Assembly (NCBI GenBank): GCA_976551045.1
Contig: CDPCPM010000344.1
Location: 1,674,001 to 1,738,000, forward strand
Length of the DNA: 64,000 nucleotides
From: Glaucostegus cemiculus
Taxonomy: Eukaryota
Direction: 5' to 3'
Under the pieces are notes generated by a model. The model had not been told where the DNA came from. It did no database searches and worked only from the letters and a program-made list of their open reading frames with translations. Made by a program: the position numbers and the translations under genes. Shown here piece by piece: positions 35,701 to 50,700 of the stretch. Within the stretch, counting starts at the first letter, position 1. The number at the start of each line of letters is the position of its first letter.

Positions 35701-38700
35701 AGTGGTGCAGCTGGTAAGAGCTGCTGTGTCACAGCCCCTGAGACCCGGGTTCAATCCTGACCTCTGTGGCACTCACTGTGGAGATCGGATGCCCCCCTGG
35801 TGCTCCACTCTCCGCTCATATCCCAAAGACTTGCCGGTTGCTAGGTTAACCAGCTACTGTAAATTGCCCCATGATAGGTTAGTGGCAAGATAATTTTGGG
35901 GGGGAGGAGGGTTTGAGGGCAGGAGATGATGTGTGTGAGAAGGAAAAGTTATGGGGAAATCATTGAGGGAGCGGAACTGCCCTGAGAGACCTGCTGGACC
36001 TCCTTCTCTGATGTAAAGAAAAAGGCATTAACTCCCACGGCATTTAAGAAGCATCCAGACAAGCAATTTGATTCACCAAGGCATAGAAGGTGATGGAACT
36101 AATGTGGGTGAATGGGATCAGTGTAAGTGGGTGCAGCAGTTGAAGTGGAGGTGGTGGGACAGAGATTCTACACCGTACAGCTCTATGACTCTCTGGTTTT
36201 ACAAGCAAAGTAAATGTGACGAATTTAGGCATTTGCCAAAAGGAATGGGCAGCATTTGTAAACATTTTTATATAGAGGGAATGATTGTGGTATTTAACGT
36301 GGTACCTGGAGTGGTAGAGGAAGTAGATTCAACAGTGAGACTCAGAAGAGAATATGGTAAATACTTGAAGGGAAAACTGAGCAAAACTTGGGTAAGAGTG
36401 GGTTGGGGGGGGTGGTGGGGTGACATTGGATAACTCAGCTAGAGAGCTAAAGATAATTGTCAGATGACTTCTATGCTGAGTTCTTCAATGCATCTGTAAT
36501 AGTGGTCACTAACCTGCACCAGACAGAAGAAATTATTTGGTCGCATAGCACACTGTGAGACCGAGCTAGCTGTTGCTTTGCCACAGCTTTTCCAGTTCAG
36601 AAGTACTCGGTTGGCCCAACTGCATTTGTCAAGGCGTGGAGCTGTGATGAGTACTTTGGAAATGCATCTTCTTTTCTGAACAAAAAGTTCTTAAATTTTC
36701 ATAAAACTGCAGCAGTTAGCACATAATTAACTTCCTTTTTGTGTTGTGCTGTAGGGGACCAGTTACCAGTTATAACCACTGGGCCACGGGATGTTACAGA
36801 AATTCAAGGCAATGATGTGACCTTTAGGTGTGAAGTCACAGAGGGAGCTCAGCCATTCACGATAGAGTGGAAGACACCTCATCAAAACCAACAAGGTACA
36901 CAGCAGCATTTCCAGCAGAATTTGATCACCTGCCAGATCGTGTTCCTCCTCCTCCCCCCTATCCTTTTATTCTGGCTTCTGCTCTCTTCCTTTCCAGTCC
37001 TGATGAAGGATCTCGGCCTGAAACGTCAACTGTTCATTTCCCTCCACAGATGCTGCCTGACCTGCTAAGTTCCTCCAGCATTTTGTGTGTGTGTTTCCAG
37101 CAGAGTTTTATTAGAAGCAGGAGATAAGTGATAGAGAGAGATTCCCTGACCTAAATGTAAAATGTTTCATCCAAGAGGAGCAGGGCTGCAGTTAATGGCT
37201 TTAGCTTTTGAGGCATTGAAATTGCTAGTCTTAACACTCAACAGGCACCCCATAAAGATTATCTTCTTGTTCCTGCATTAATATGGCTCTGGGACATAAA
37301 TGTCACCCTTTAACCATTGATGTTCAACCTGCTATTACATAAGGAGAAAGGTATTGCCTGGAATGTGTTTATGTGGGAGCCTCATCAAAGACCATTTGAT
37401 TGTATTTTTAAGTAGTAAAAGCAGGAATTAAATTTAAAATTTTTAAATTTAAATTAAATTTAAATTTTTAAATTTTATTTACAACCCGATAATAGGCCCT
37501 TTTGGCCCAACAGGTCCGCGCCGTCCATTTTAAACCCCCAAATTAACCTACCCGTACGTCTTTAGAATGTGGGAGGAAACCGGAGCATCCAGAGGAAACC
37601 CACGCAGACACGGGAGAACGTATAAACTCCTTACAGACAACGATGGGAATCGAATCCCGATCACTGACACTGTAACAGCGTCATGCTAACCGCTACACTA
37701 TCGTGCTGCCCACTGGAATTGCTGGAAGTACTCAGCAGGTGCAGCCATTTGAAATGTTAACTCTGCTCTCACTCCACAGATGCTGCCTGACCTGCAGAGT
37801 ACTTCCAACAATTTTGGTTTTATTTCAGATGTCTAGCATCTGCAATTCTTCTGTTTCTCATTCTATGTATAGCTCCACATTTAACACACCCAAATAAAAT
37901 AATTTGCCGTTGCTGTTCCATCAATTACAGCATATTCAACATTCAATTTTTCTCAGCAAACACAGAGGTCTTGTGAGTAATTCGAACCTCATGTGAATAC
38001 AGTTACCTGTTGTATTTCATGGTTATGGAGTCTTGGAGGCATTTCAGGGAGGGTTTTATGCTTCCTTGCCGTGTCCGCTGAGCGCGAGAATTCCACAAGG
38101 TGTGGAGTCCTCAGGCACTGGGTCCGTCCTGTGTAAGCAAAATTAACAAGGTTTAAGTGGAAGGCAGTCTTCGACCAAATCACATTGGAAGTGATGCTCT
38201 GCAGTGGGCACTGTAATTTCCCTTGTACCCTCTGCTGTTCCTTTAGCCACACGTTGTATGGAACATAGAAAAGTACAGCACAAGGAACAGGCCATTCTGC
38301 CATAGTTTTGTGCCAAACTAATTAAACGAGTCATTAAACACCTAACTAAACTAATTCCTTCTGCCTACACAATGTCCATATCCCTCCATCCTCTGCACAT
38401 TCATGTGCATCTCATAAGAGCTCTTAAGTGCCTCTATCGTATCTGCCTCCACCACCACCCCAGGCAGCACATTCCAGGCACCCACCACTGTCTGTGTTTA
38501 AAAAAATAACTTGCCCCACACATCCCGGCACCTAAGGAAAACAAGGTAACGTGCCTTAATGACTACCAGCCAGTGGCTCTGACATCCACCATCATGAAGT
38601 GCTTCGAGAGGCTGGTCATGGCACGCATCAACTCCAGACTCCCAGACAAACTCGACCCACTGCAAACAGGGCAACAGTGGGTGCCATCTCCCTGGCCCTA

Positions 38701-41700
38701 CACTCATTTCTGGAGCATCTGGACAGGAAAGGCATCTACATTAGACTATTGTTTATTGACTACAGCTCTGCCTTCAATACTATAATTCCAAGCAAATTCA
38801 TCACCAAACTCTGAGACCTGGGACTCAACACCTCACTCTGTAACTGGATCCTTGACTTTCTGACCAACAGACCGCAATCAGTGAGGATAGGCAGCAACAC
38901 CTCCAGTACAATTATTGTAACACTGGTACCCCACAAGTCTGCGTCCTCAGCCCTCTACTCTACTCCCTCTATATGAGTATATATAGGGAGGAAAGTAGAG
39001 CCCTGCGTAGCCAAATTCTGGTCTAACTCCATCGACAAGTTTGCAGATGTACTGTAGTGGGCCGTATCTCAAATAATGATGAGTCAGAGTACAGGAAAGC
39101 TATAGAGAGCTTAGTGACTTGGTATCATAACAACAACCTTACCCTCCCTCAATGTCAGCAAAACAAAAGAGTTGGTCATTGACTCAGTAAAGGGGGCGGT
39201 GTACATGCACATGCCTACATCAAAGGTGCTGAGGCCAAGAGGGTTGAGAGCTTCAAGTTCTTTGGAGTGAACATCACCAATAGCCTGTCCTGGTCCAACC
39301 ACATGGACGCCACAACCATGAAAGCTCACCAATGCCTCAGCTTCCTCAGGATGCTAAACAAATTTGGCATGTCCCATTTGATACTCACCAACTTTTATCG
39401 GTGTACCATAGAAAGCATCCTCCCTGGATGCATCCTGGCTTGGTACCACAACTGCTCTGCCCAGGACCACAAGAAACTGCAGAGAGTTGTGGACACAGCC
39501 CAGCACATCACAGAAATCAGCCTCCCCTCCTTGGACTCTGTCTAAGCTTTTTGCTGCCTTGGTAAAGCAGCCAACATAATCAAAGACCCCACCCACCCCG
39601 GACATTATCTCTTCTTCCCCCGCCCATTGGGCAGAAAATACACATACCACCAGGCTCAAGGACAGCTTCTACCCCACTGTGATAAGACTATTGAACGGTT
39701 CCCTTATACAATGAGATGGACTCTTGACCTCACAATCTACCTTGTTATGACCTTGCACCTTATTGTCTACCTGCAATGCACTTCCTGTAGCTGTGACACT
39801 TTACTCTGCATTCTGTTATTGTTTTAACCCTGTACTACCTCAGTGCACTGTGTAATGAATTGATCTGTATGAACAGTATGCAAGACAAGTTCTTCACAAT
39901 ACCTCGGTACAAGTGACAATAATAAACCAGTACCAATTTGTCCCCTCTCACATTAAATGCATGCCCTCTAGTAGTAGATATTTTGACTCTGGGGAGAAAG
40001 ATACCGGCTGTCTACTCTATCTATGTTCCTCATAATTTTATAAACTTCTATCAAGTCTCCTCTCAGCTTCTGCTGCTCCAGAGAAAACAACCCAAGTTTA
40101 TCCAACCTCTCCTTATAGCACATGACTTCTAATCCAGGCAGATTCCTGGTGAACCTCTTCTGCACCCTCTCCAAAGCCTCCACATGCTCTAATGGGGCGA
40201 CCAGAATTGAATGCAATACTCCAGATGCAGCCTCACCAGAGCTTTATGAGGCTGAAACATGACTTACTAACTCTTGAACTCAATTACTGAATTAATAAAG
40301 ACAAGCATGCCACATGCCTTCTTTCCCACCCTATCAACCTGTGCAGACACTTTCAGGGAGCTATGGACCTGGACCCCAAGATCCCTCTGTACACCAACAC
40401 TGTTAAGGGTCCTGCCATTAACAGTGTACTGCCTCTTTATATTTGATCTCCCCAAGTGCAACACCTCACGTTTGGCCAGATTAAGCTCCAGCTGCCATTT
40501 CTCCTCACATATCTGTAACTAACAGTCATGGGATTGAATTTAGGAGCTGAGAGGTATTGCTTCAGTTATATAGGTCCCTGGTCAGACCCCACTTGGAGTA
40601 TTGTGCTCAGTTCTGGTCGCCTCACTACAGGATGAATGTGGAAGCCATAGAGAGGGTGCAGAGGAGGTTTACGAGGATGCTGCCTGGAATGCGGAGCATG
40701 CCTTATGAAAGCAGGTTGCAGGAACTCAGCCTTTTCTCCTTGGAGAGAAGGAGGATGAGGGGGGACCTGATAGAGGTGTATAAGATGATGAGAGGTATTG
40801 ATCGGGTAGATAGAGGCTTTTCCCCAGGGCTGAAATGGTGGCCATAAGAGGACATAGGTTTAAAGTGCTGGGGAGTAGATATAGAGGAGATGTCAGGGGT
40901 AAGCTTTTTACTCAGAGAGCAGTGAGTGCGTGGAATGGGCTGCCAGAAGCAGTGGTGGAGGTGGATACGATAGGGTCTTTCAAGAGACTGTTAGATAGGT
41001 ACATGGATCTGAGTAAAATAGAGGGCCATGGGAATGCCCGGTAATTTCTAGTGTAAGGACATGTTTGGCACAGTTTTGTGGGCTGAAGGGCCTAAATTGT
41101 GCTGTAATTTTTCTATGTTCTAATTTAAATCCTACTGTATCCTTTGGCAATCTCTACACTATCCACACCACCACCGATCTTTGTATCATCTGCAAACTTA
41201 CTAACCCACCCATCCACATTTTCATCCAGGTTATTTATTTGTATCCCAGTACAGAAAGACAGCTGGTATATAAAATGCCCCCAGGCCAGTGCTTGTCTGT
41301 AGTCAGCTGTTAGGCAGCTCAGACCCCTAACGTTCTCTGGCTCTTCCCCACTTCCCAATGAAAGTGCAGCTGCTGAGTGATGACGTTATTTTCCGAGTGC
41401 ACTGGGATTTTTTCGTTGGAACATTCAAGAAGACAAGGAAATAGGAGCAGGAATGGGTGTCCTGCCATTCACTCTGGTCATGTCTGATCAACCCCAGAGC
41501 TCAATTCCTCTACTGTGCCAGTTCCTCATGGCCTTCGATTTCCTGATCTTTCTAATATTTATCTACCTCCTCTTTAAATTCCTCCAGTGATGCACCCTCC
41601 CCAGTCCCTCAAAATTCCAGAAATTCACGATCACCTGCAGAAAGAAGGGATTGTGGTGACTAACATGGAGCATTTTCATTCTGAAGGATCATCCCAGTGT

Positions 41701-44700
41701 GAATGGATAGGTATTGGTGTTGGTTTATTATTGTCACTTGTACCGAGGTACAGTGAAAAACTTGTCTTGCATACCATTCATACAGGTCAATTCATTACAC
41801 AATGCAGTTACATTGAGTTAGTAGAGTGCATTGAGGTAGTACAGGTAAAAACAACAGTACAGAGCAAAGTGTCACAGCTACAGAGGAAGTGCATTGCAGG
41901 TAGACAATAAGGTGCAAGGTCAAACAAGGTAGATTGTGAGGTCAAGAGTCCATCTCATCATATAAGGGAACCGTTCAATAGTCTTATCACCGTGGGATAG
42001 AAGCTGCCCTTGCACAGGATTCTGACAAGCTCGCCACACAACCACCGCTGGACAATATTTTTGGTGCCCTCCATCTTTGGAAAGTAATGTCAGGATAGTG
42101 TTCTATTTGGAGTGACCCATTTTAATGGAGAAAAAGTCAATCACAGTTTTGATTTCCACTCTAGCAAACTCTATATCCAAGTGCTCCTCAAGTTTGAAAT
42201 GCAGTCACAGGCGTGAATTTTTCTCCTTGTCACATCATTGAGATGTTTGGTGTCTATATTTGGTATGTCCACTCAAATTTGAGGAAGATGCTATGAAATG
42301 AGTTTTAGTACTCTGGGGCCCAAAGTATGAACGATAATCCAAGGTAAAGTGTTGGAGCCAAAGGAACAGCCTTAAATATTTGGAATGTAATATGCTTCTA
42401 GGTATAATTGTTTTCATAAATTCTAGGTGGTGCTATGAGTTATTGTGAGAAGCCCTGTTGTTCTGGCACATGCTCTGGCTTTAATCAAAACATCTTCACT
42501 AATTGCATTTATCTCAGGTTCCTAGCAGCTGAATGGGAACTTTGATAAATCGTTAGCAGTGCAACCAGTACACCCTTGTTATTTTTTTTTACTTCTTGGA
42601 AACATTAAGGACACTGATGCACACAGCACTTGGAAAATCTGAAATAATTTAATGCCACATGAGGAAGTTTTAACATCTCTCCTGCTTGCCTTGTGTTTCA
42701 GACAATGTGAAGATCAGTAGCGATGGCTCTGTGATAACAATCACTAAAGTTCGCCAACAGGACCAAGGCCAGTACAAATGTCTGGTTCGCAATCGGTTTG
42801 GGTTAGCATTTAGCCTAATGACTCTGATCGTACAAGGTACAAAGTTGTAAATCTATTGTAAGGCTATAAGCTTCAGTTATCCAATTATCTCTGCAATTTG
42901 TCAACAGATCTTGGCATTGTGTGCTGCCAGTTCTTGGTGTACCTCTCATTTGCATCACAATGGTATTAGTTTATTGTTACTTGTACCGAGGTACAGTGAA
43001 AAACTTGTCTTGCATACCGATCGTACAGGTCAATTCATTACAGAGTGCACTGAGGTAGTACAGAGTGCACTGAGGTAGTACACAGTGCATTGAGATAGTA
43101 CGGGGTAAAAGCCATGGTATTTTCTCTCACCATATGCCTATCATGTAGTCTTAGTTTGGAGGAACAACGCCTCGTATTCTGCCTTGGGAGTCTCCAACCT
43201 GACTGCCTCATCATTGATTTCTCTAACTTCTGATAACCACACCTCTTCTTCCCCCTCCCCCCCCACCCCACTCCTTTGTCTTCCCTTATTCCTGTGGCCT
43301 CCCTTCCCTGCTTCGATGACCTGCCCATCTCCTCTCCTCCCCTTTATTCCATGGTCTACTGCTCTGTCCTACCAGATTCCTTCTTCAGCCCTTTGCCTCT
43401 TCTACCTATCACCTCTCAGCTTATTACATCTTCTGTGCCTCCCCCACCCACCTACCATCCCCCTCTCATCTGGACTAATGTATCACCTGAGCTCTCCCAT
43501 CCCCTGCCTCCATGTGCTCCTCCCCTCTCCCCCCCACCCCCACCTTCTTATTTTGGCTTCTGCCCTCTTCCTTCCCAGTCCTGATGAAGGGTCTCAGCCT
43601 GAAATGTGGACTGTTTTTGTCTCTCCACGGATGCTGCCTGACCTGCTGAGTTCCTCCAGCACTTCTTGTGTGTTGCTGTAGTCCTGCTGTCAGCTTAGGT
43701 TGAGTGGTAGTACTTTCTCCCTTGGGTCAGGAGTTGCGGGTTCAAGCCCCACACCAGGTTGTCACTGCATTGCTGTACTGAAAAACAGCTGCTCTGCTGG
43801 AGATACAAAACCCAAGGAGCTGCCCGCTCTCTCAATTCAAAGTAAAGAATCCCACGCACCGTGTGAGGGGGAAGACTTGCACTTCCTAGGGGGTCCTAGC
43901 CAACACCGATACCCAAGCTACATTGGTTATTTATCTCATTCCAATCTTTGCAACTGTGTTGTACTCATGTTATCTGCAGCCTTTTCCACACTCAGCCACA
44001 GTGGTAGCACTTCAGACAGTAGTTTATCAGCCCTGTGGAATTTGGGGCATCCTGCAGATTTGAAAGCTGTGTAATAGAAACATCTGTTTTCTCTTTTGAC
44101 TGTTCAACCATCTGCCTTCTTGTCAACATTGGGGCTTTCTGTTTAGAGCAATGGGACATTAATTTTGAAATGGGCATTAATGTAATTATGTCTTAAAGTT
44201 ACAGCCATTTGCATATGTAAATTGCCAGTAGAATGCATTGACTGCTGTATCTGGATTCACCTGAAGTGTGAGTGGGAAGCTGGCACAGCCCTCCTGCACT
44301 GCACAAAGTGATGTATGTTTTTGCTGATCCGTGTCTGTCTCATAAGTGGAATTTTTGTCCCTCCTTTGTTGCTAGGACCTCCCACTGTGTCCATCTCTCC
44401 CAGTGGTCCAGTCAGACTGGGGGTAGGTAATTCCATTACTCTGGAATGCATAGGTATGGGAGAGCCTCGCCCTACAATCAGCTGGCATCGGGTTAATGGC
44501 AGGACAAGGAACAACTTGGGGAGACAGCTGCCAAGGGAAGACAATCCCATCCTGAGGGTGAGTAAAGATTGACCTTAACCTAACAAACAGTCTTCGACCT
44601 GAAACATCAACTTTGGTTCTCTCTTCACAGAGGCTGCCTGACCTACTGAATGTTTACACCATTTTCTGTTTTCATTTATGATTCATGACTCTCATTCCCA

Positions 44701-47700
44701 CTTCTTCCAACATAGTAGCTGACAAGTTTGAGCTCGAAATGTGAAAAGTAAAGGGAGCAGGAATATGCAATTTGGCTACTGGAGCCTGCTCCACCATACA
44801 GTACAATCACGACCCATCCTCCATTTCAGTACCATATTCTCGCTCTTCTCCCCAATGCTCCTTGATGTTTTTTGTGTCTAGAAATCTATCTATCTCCTTC
44901 TTAAATATATCCAGAAACTTGGTGTCCACTGCCTTCCGTGGTAGAGGATTCCATGGGTTCAGCACTCTCCAAATGAAGACATTTCTCCTCCTCAGTCCTA
45001 AGTGCCTTACCCAGTATCCTGAGAGTGTGACCCCCAGTTCTAGACACCACAGCCAGAGGAAACAATTTCACTTCATCCACCTTGTCAAACCCTGTCAGAA
45101 TTTTGTACATTTCAGTGAGATCTCCTCTCATTCTTCTAAACTCCAGTGAATGCAAAACCCTAAACTGAATCACCGGAATGAGTCTGGTGAATCTTTGGTA
45201 AATTGGTTTATTACTGCCACATATACTGAGGCACAGTGAAAACCTTGTCTTGCATACCGTTCATACAGATCAATTCATTACAACAGTACAAGGGAAAACA
45301 ATAACAGAATGCAGAATAAAGAGTTACAGTTACAGAGGAAGTGCAGTGCAGGCAGATAATAAGGTGCAGTGGCCACAACGAGGTAGATTGTGAGGTCAGG
45401 AGTCCATTTTATCGTACAAGGGGACCATTCAATATCTTATAGCAGTTGTCCTTGAGCCTGGTGGTACATGCTTTCAGGCTTTTGTATCTTTTGCCCGATG
45501 GAAGGGGGGGAGAAGAGAGAATGTCCGGGGTTGGTGGGGGGGGGTCTTTGATTATGTTGCAACACTCCCTTAATGCTATTGTAAACCTTTTCTTTAGTGA
45601 GGAGACTAAATCAACTCTCAATATTCTAGGTGTGATCTCACCAAGATCCTGTATAACTGTGGTGTGATATCCTTGCTCCTGTGCCTAAAATATCTTACAA
45701 TGAAGCCCAACATGCCACCTGCCTTCTTAACTCTGCTGTGCCTGCACGTATTTGCTCTCACTGGCTGGTGTACTACGACACCCAGAACCCTTTGTACATC
45801 AACATATCACCTTTTAAATAACTACCTTTTTGCTTTTCCACACCAAAGTGAATCCACATTTATCCACATTATTCTTGCATCTGTCATGAATTCATCCACT
45901 CATTCAACTTGTCCCAATCACCTTGAAGCCTCCTGCAACCTTTTCCCTCCCAGTTTCATGTTGTGAATAAATGTACAGATATTACATTTGGTTCTCTCTA
46001 CGGTAAGAACCACACAGAGTAGGAACAGATGTAGGCCACCTAACCCTTCGATCTTGTCCTCACAGATTAAAACTATGATTTTAGTCCGTGTACTGTCACT
46101 GGGTTAATTAAAGTGGCAGTGCCCACCTCAGATGCACATAGAACAGTACAGGCCCTTCAGCCCACAGTGTTGTGCTGACCCATGTAAACATCTCCTCCAT
46201 GATCAATCTCACCCTTCCCTCCTGCACTGCCCACAACCCTCCATTTTCTTACATCCATGTGTCCATCTAAGAGCCTCTTAAATGCCCCTTTTGTATCAGC
46301 CTCCACCACCACCCCTGGCAGTGCGGTCCAGGCACCGACCACTCTCTGTGTAAAGAACCTACCTCTGACATCTCCCCTGAACGTTCCTCCTCTAACCTTA
46401 AACAGTATTTGCTATTACCGCCCTGGGGAAAAGGTGCTGGCTGTCTAGACTGTCTCCTCCAATTAATCTTATACACCTCCATCATCCTTCTTCTCTCCTA
46501 AGAGAAAAGCCCCAGTTCACTCAACCTTTCCTCATAAGATACATTCTCTAATCCAGGAATCATCCTGGTAAGTCTCCTCTGCACCCTCTCTAAAGCTTCC
46601 ACATCCTTCCCATTATGAGGTGACCAGAACTGAACACAATACTCTAGGTGTGGTCTGACCAGAGTTTTATAGAAATACATCGTTACCTCTCAGCTCTTGA
46701 ACTCAGTCCCCCGACTAAGGCCAGCACACCATACATCTTTTTAACCACCCTATCAACCTGTATTGCAACCTTGAGGGATCTATGAACTTGGACCCCAAGA
46801 TCCCTCTGTTTCTGCATACAGCTCAGAATCCTGCTGTTAACCTTCATGTTCATCCTTCCAAAGTGTATCACTTCACACTTTTCCAGACTGAACTCCATCT
46901 GCCACTTATCCATTCAATTTTGCATCCTGTCTATATCCTGTTGTAACCTACGACACCCTTCTACACTATCCACAACCCCTCCAACCTTCGTGTCATCTGC
47001 AAACTTACTAACCCATCCCTCCATTTCCTCATCCAAGTCATTTATAAAAATCACAAAGAGCAAGGGTCCCAGGACAGATGCCTGCTGAACACCACTGGTC
47101 ACTGACCTCCAGGCAGAAGAGTCTCCATCCACTACCACCCTCTGCCTTCTGTGGGCAAGAAAATTCCGAATCCACACGGCCAAGTCTCCATGGATGCCAT
47201 ACCTCATGACTTTCTGGATGAGCCTACCATGGGAAACCTTGTCAAATGCTTTACTAAAGTCCACGTACACCACATCCACTGCTCTAATTTCATTAATTTG
47301 TTACGTCACCTCCTCAAAAAAATTCAACTAGGGTCATGAGGCACAACCTGCCCCTCACAGAGCCATGCTGACTATCTCGAATAAGACTATGCTTCTCTAA
47401 ATGCTTGTAAATCCTGTCCCAAAGAATCCTCTCCAATAGCTTGCCCACCACTGATCTATAATTCCCAGGATTATCCCTACTGCCTTTCTTGAAAAATAGA
47501 ACAACATTTGCCATCCTCTAATCCTCTGGTACCACTCCTGTGGCCATGGAGCATGTAAATATTATTCTCAATGCCCCAGCAATCTCTTCCCTCGCCTCCC
47601 GTAGTAACCTGGGGTATATCCCGTTCGGTCCCTGGGACTATCCTAATGTTTTTTTAGAAGCTCCAACACGACATTTTACTTAACCTCAAAATTCTCCAGT

Positions 47701-50700
47701 TCTACACTGACCTCACATTCATCAAAGTCTCTCTCCCTAGTGAACACTGCAGCAAAGTATTCGTTCAGGACCTCACCTACCGCCTCCGCCTCCAGGCACA
47801 TTCTTCCCCCTTTCTCCCTGGGTGGTCCTACCCTCACTCTGGTCATCCTCCTGTTCCTCACGTATGTGTAGAACACCTTGGGGTTTTCCTTAATTCTACT
47901 CGCGAAGGCCTTCTCATGCCTCCTTCTAGCTCTCCTAAGTCCCTTCATAAGCTTCTTCCTGACTACCTTATAATTTTCAAGAGCCCTGCCTGATCTTTGC
48001 TTCGGGAAGCTCAAGTATGCTTCCTTCTTCCTCTTGACTAAATACTTCATCTCTCTTGTCAACCATGGTTTCTTTACCCTCCCATCCTTTCCTGTCTCAG
48101 TGAGACAATCCTATCCAGAACTCTATGCAAGTGTTCCCTAAACAGCCTACACACTTCTGTGCATTTCCCAATTTACACTCCCAAGATCCTGCCTAATACC
48201 ATCATAATTAGCCTTCCCCCAATTAAAAACTTTCCCATATCATTTGCTCGTATCCCTGTCCATGACTCTGCTAAAGGAGAGAGAGTTGTGGCCACCATCT
48301 CCACAATGCTCACCCACCAAGAGGTTTATCACCTGTCTTGGTTCATTATCCAAGAGCAATATCCAAAATGATTGCTCATTACCCAGAGCAATGTCCAAAA
48401 CGATATACTTGTTATTGAGGGGAACAGCCACATGTGTACCCTGCACTGACTGCCTATTCCCTCTCCCTCCCCAGACGGTCGCCCAGCTATCTGCATCCTG
48501 CAACCTAGTTTTAACTATCTCCTGGTAACTCCTGTCTATCATCTCAGTTCCCGAATGATCCGGAGTTCATCCAGCTCCAGTTCCCTTACATGGTCTGTAA
48601 GAAGCTGCAGACGGATGCACTCCTCACAGGTGTAGTCATCAGGGACACTGGAGGTCTCCCTGACTCCCCACATCCTGCAAGAGGAGCAGACCACTGCCCT
48701 GCCTGCCATTCCCACTGCTCTAAACTGTGCAATGAGAAACAAAGAGACCTTATAGGAAGGATGTGGAGGCGTTGGAGAGGGTACAGAGGCGATTTACCAG
48801 GATGATGCCTGGATTAGAGGGTATGGAATATGAGGAGAGGCTTAAGGTGCTCGGGCTTTACTCATTGGAGAAGAGGAGGATGAGAGGAGACTTGATAGAG
48901 GTGTATAAGATATTGAGAGGAATAGATAGAGTTGACAGCCAGCGCCTCTTTCCCAGAGCGCAGATGCTCAAGACGAGAGGGCATGGCTTTGAGGTATTGG
49001 GTGGGAAGTTCAGGGGAGATGTCAGAGGGAAGTTTTTCACCAGAGAGTGGTTGGTGCATGGAATGCGCTGCCTGGAGTGGTGGTGGAGGCAGATACGTTG
49101 GACAGGTTCAAGAGATTGTTAGATAGGCATATGGAGGAATGTGGAAGGAAAGAGTTAGATCGTGTGAGCTTTCATGGATGGCAGGACTTGGTGGGCCGAA
49201 GGGCCTGTGTTGTGCTGTATTATTCTATGATTCTATGGTTATCCGAGCCTCACCTTAGCCTCTGTTCACTTCCTCCGCCTCTTCACCCCAAAGCTTCGAG
49301 GTCCCACTCTTACACTGAGCCACTCACACACTAGAGCGTACAATGTACACTTCCGTTATTTCCAGGTTCAGACATCTGGTTACATGTATTTTTGCAAATT
49401 CCAGCAGACTATGAAATCAGCAAGTTTGTGCTCATGCAATGCAGATGTTTGTTTACCTTTAGCACTGACATCATATACTCTCAACAGATCACTGCTGGTT
49501 ATGTAGAGCCTCAGTTACTGGCACAATATCATGAATCTTGCACTGCATTCGGTTATAAATCAGCAAGTCCAACTGCAGCTTGTAGAGAAACCCACCAGGA
49601 TTGCCTTGGCTGATGCGTTAAGAAGCGAACACCACGACAGATCCTGGTTTCAACTGGTTCATTTCTTTGAATTATGAACTTTTCTTTGATGTAGGAAATC
49701 CGTGAACTTTGGATAACATTACCATAGAACCATAGAACAATACAGCACAAAACAGGCCCTTCGGCCCACCAAGTTGTGCCATCCTTCAAACGTCTCACAA
49801 TATAACTCTTTCCTCCCACATATCCTACTATTCCACATTCTTCCATGTGCCTATCTAACAATCTCTTGAACCTGTCCAACGTATCTGCCTCTACTACCAC
49901 CCCAGGCAGCGCATTCCATGCGCCAACCACTCTCTGGGTGAAAAACTTCCCTCTGACATCTCCCCTAAACTTTCCACCCAATATCTTAAAGCCATGCCCT
50001 CTCGTCTTGTGCATCTGCGCTCTGAGAAAGAGGCGCTGGCTATCAACTCTATCTATTCCCCTCAATATCTTATACACCTCTATCAAGTCCCCTCTCATTC
50101 TCCTCCTCTCCAACAAGTAGAGCCCTAGCACCTTAAACCTCTCCTCATATTCCATACCCTCTAATCCAGGCATCATCCTGGTAAATCGCCCCTGCACCCT
50201 CTCCAACACCTCCACATCCTTCCTATAATGAGGCGACCAGAACTGAACACAATATTCTAAGTGCAGCCTAACTAGAGTTTTGTAAAGCAGCATCATCACC
50301 TCTCTGCTGTTGAACTCAATCCCACGATTTATAAAAGCTAACATCCTATAAGCCTTCTTAACTGCCCTATCCACCTGCGAGACAACTTTGAGCGAACTGT
50401 GGGTATGAACCCCCAGATCCCTCTGCTCCGCTACACTGCCAAGTACCTTGCCATTTACCTCATACTCTGCCCTGGAGTTCGTCCTACCAAAGTGCACCAC
50501 CTGACACTTCTCCGGATTAAACTCCATCTGCCACCTGTCCGCCCAGCTCTGCATCCTATCAATATCCCTCTGTAAGCTCTGACAGTCCTCAACACTATCC
50601 ACCACACCGCCGATCTTGGTGTCATCCGCAAACTTACCAACCCATCCTTCCACTCCTTCATCTAAGTCATCTATAAATATAACAGAGTAGAGGTCCCAGA

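Larger units (their letters stand above)
38258..41240 (-). mobile_element. CR1 LINE (-) split by two nested insertions
   Basis: Colinear pieces at 38258-38525, 39938-40520 and 41125-41240 ([25 protein letters not shown], 3' tail). Confidence 0.8.
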
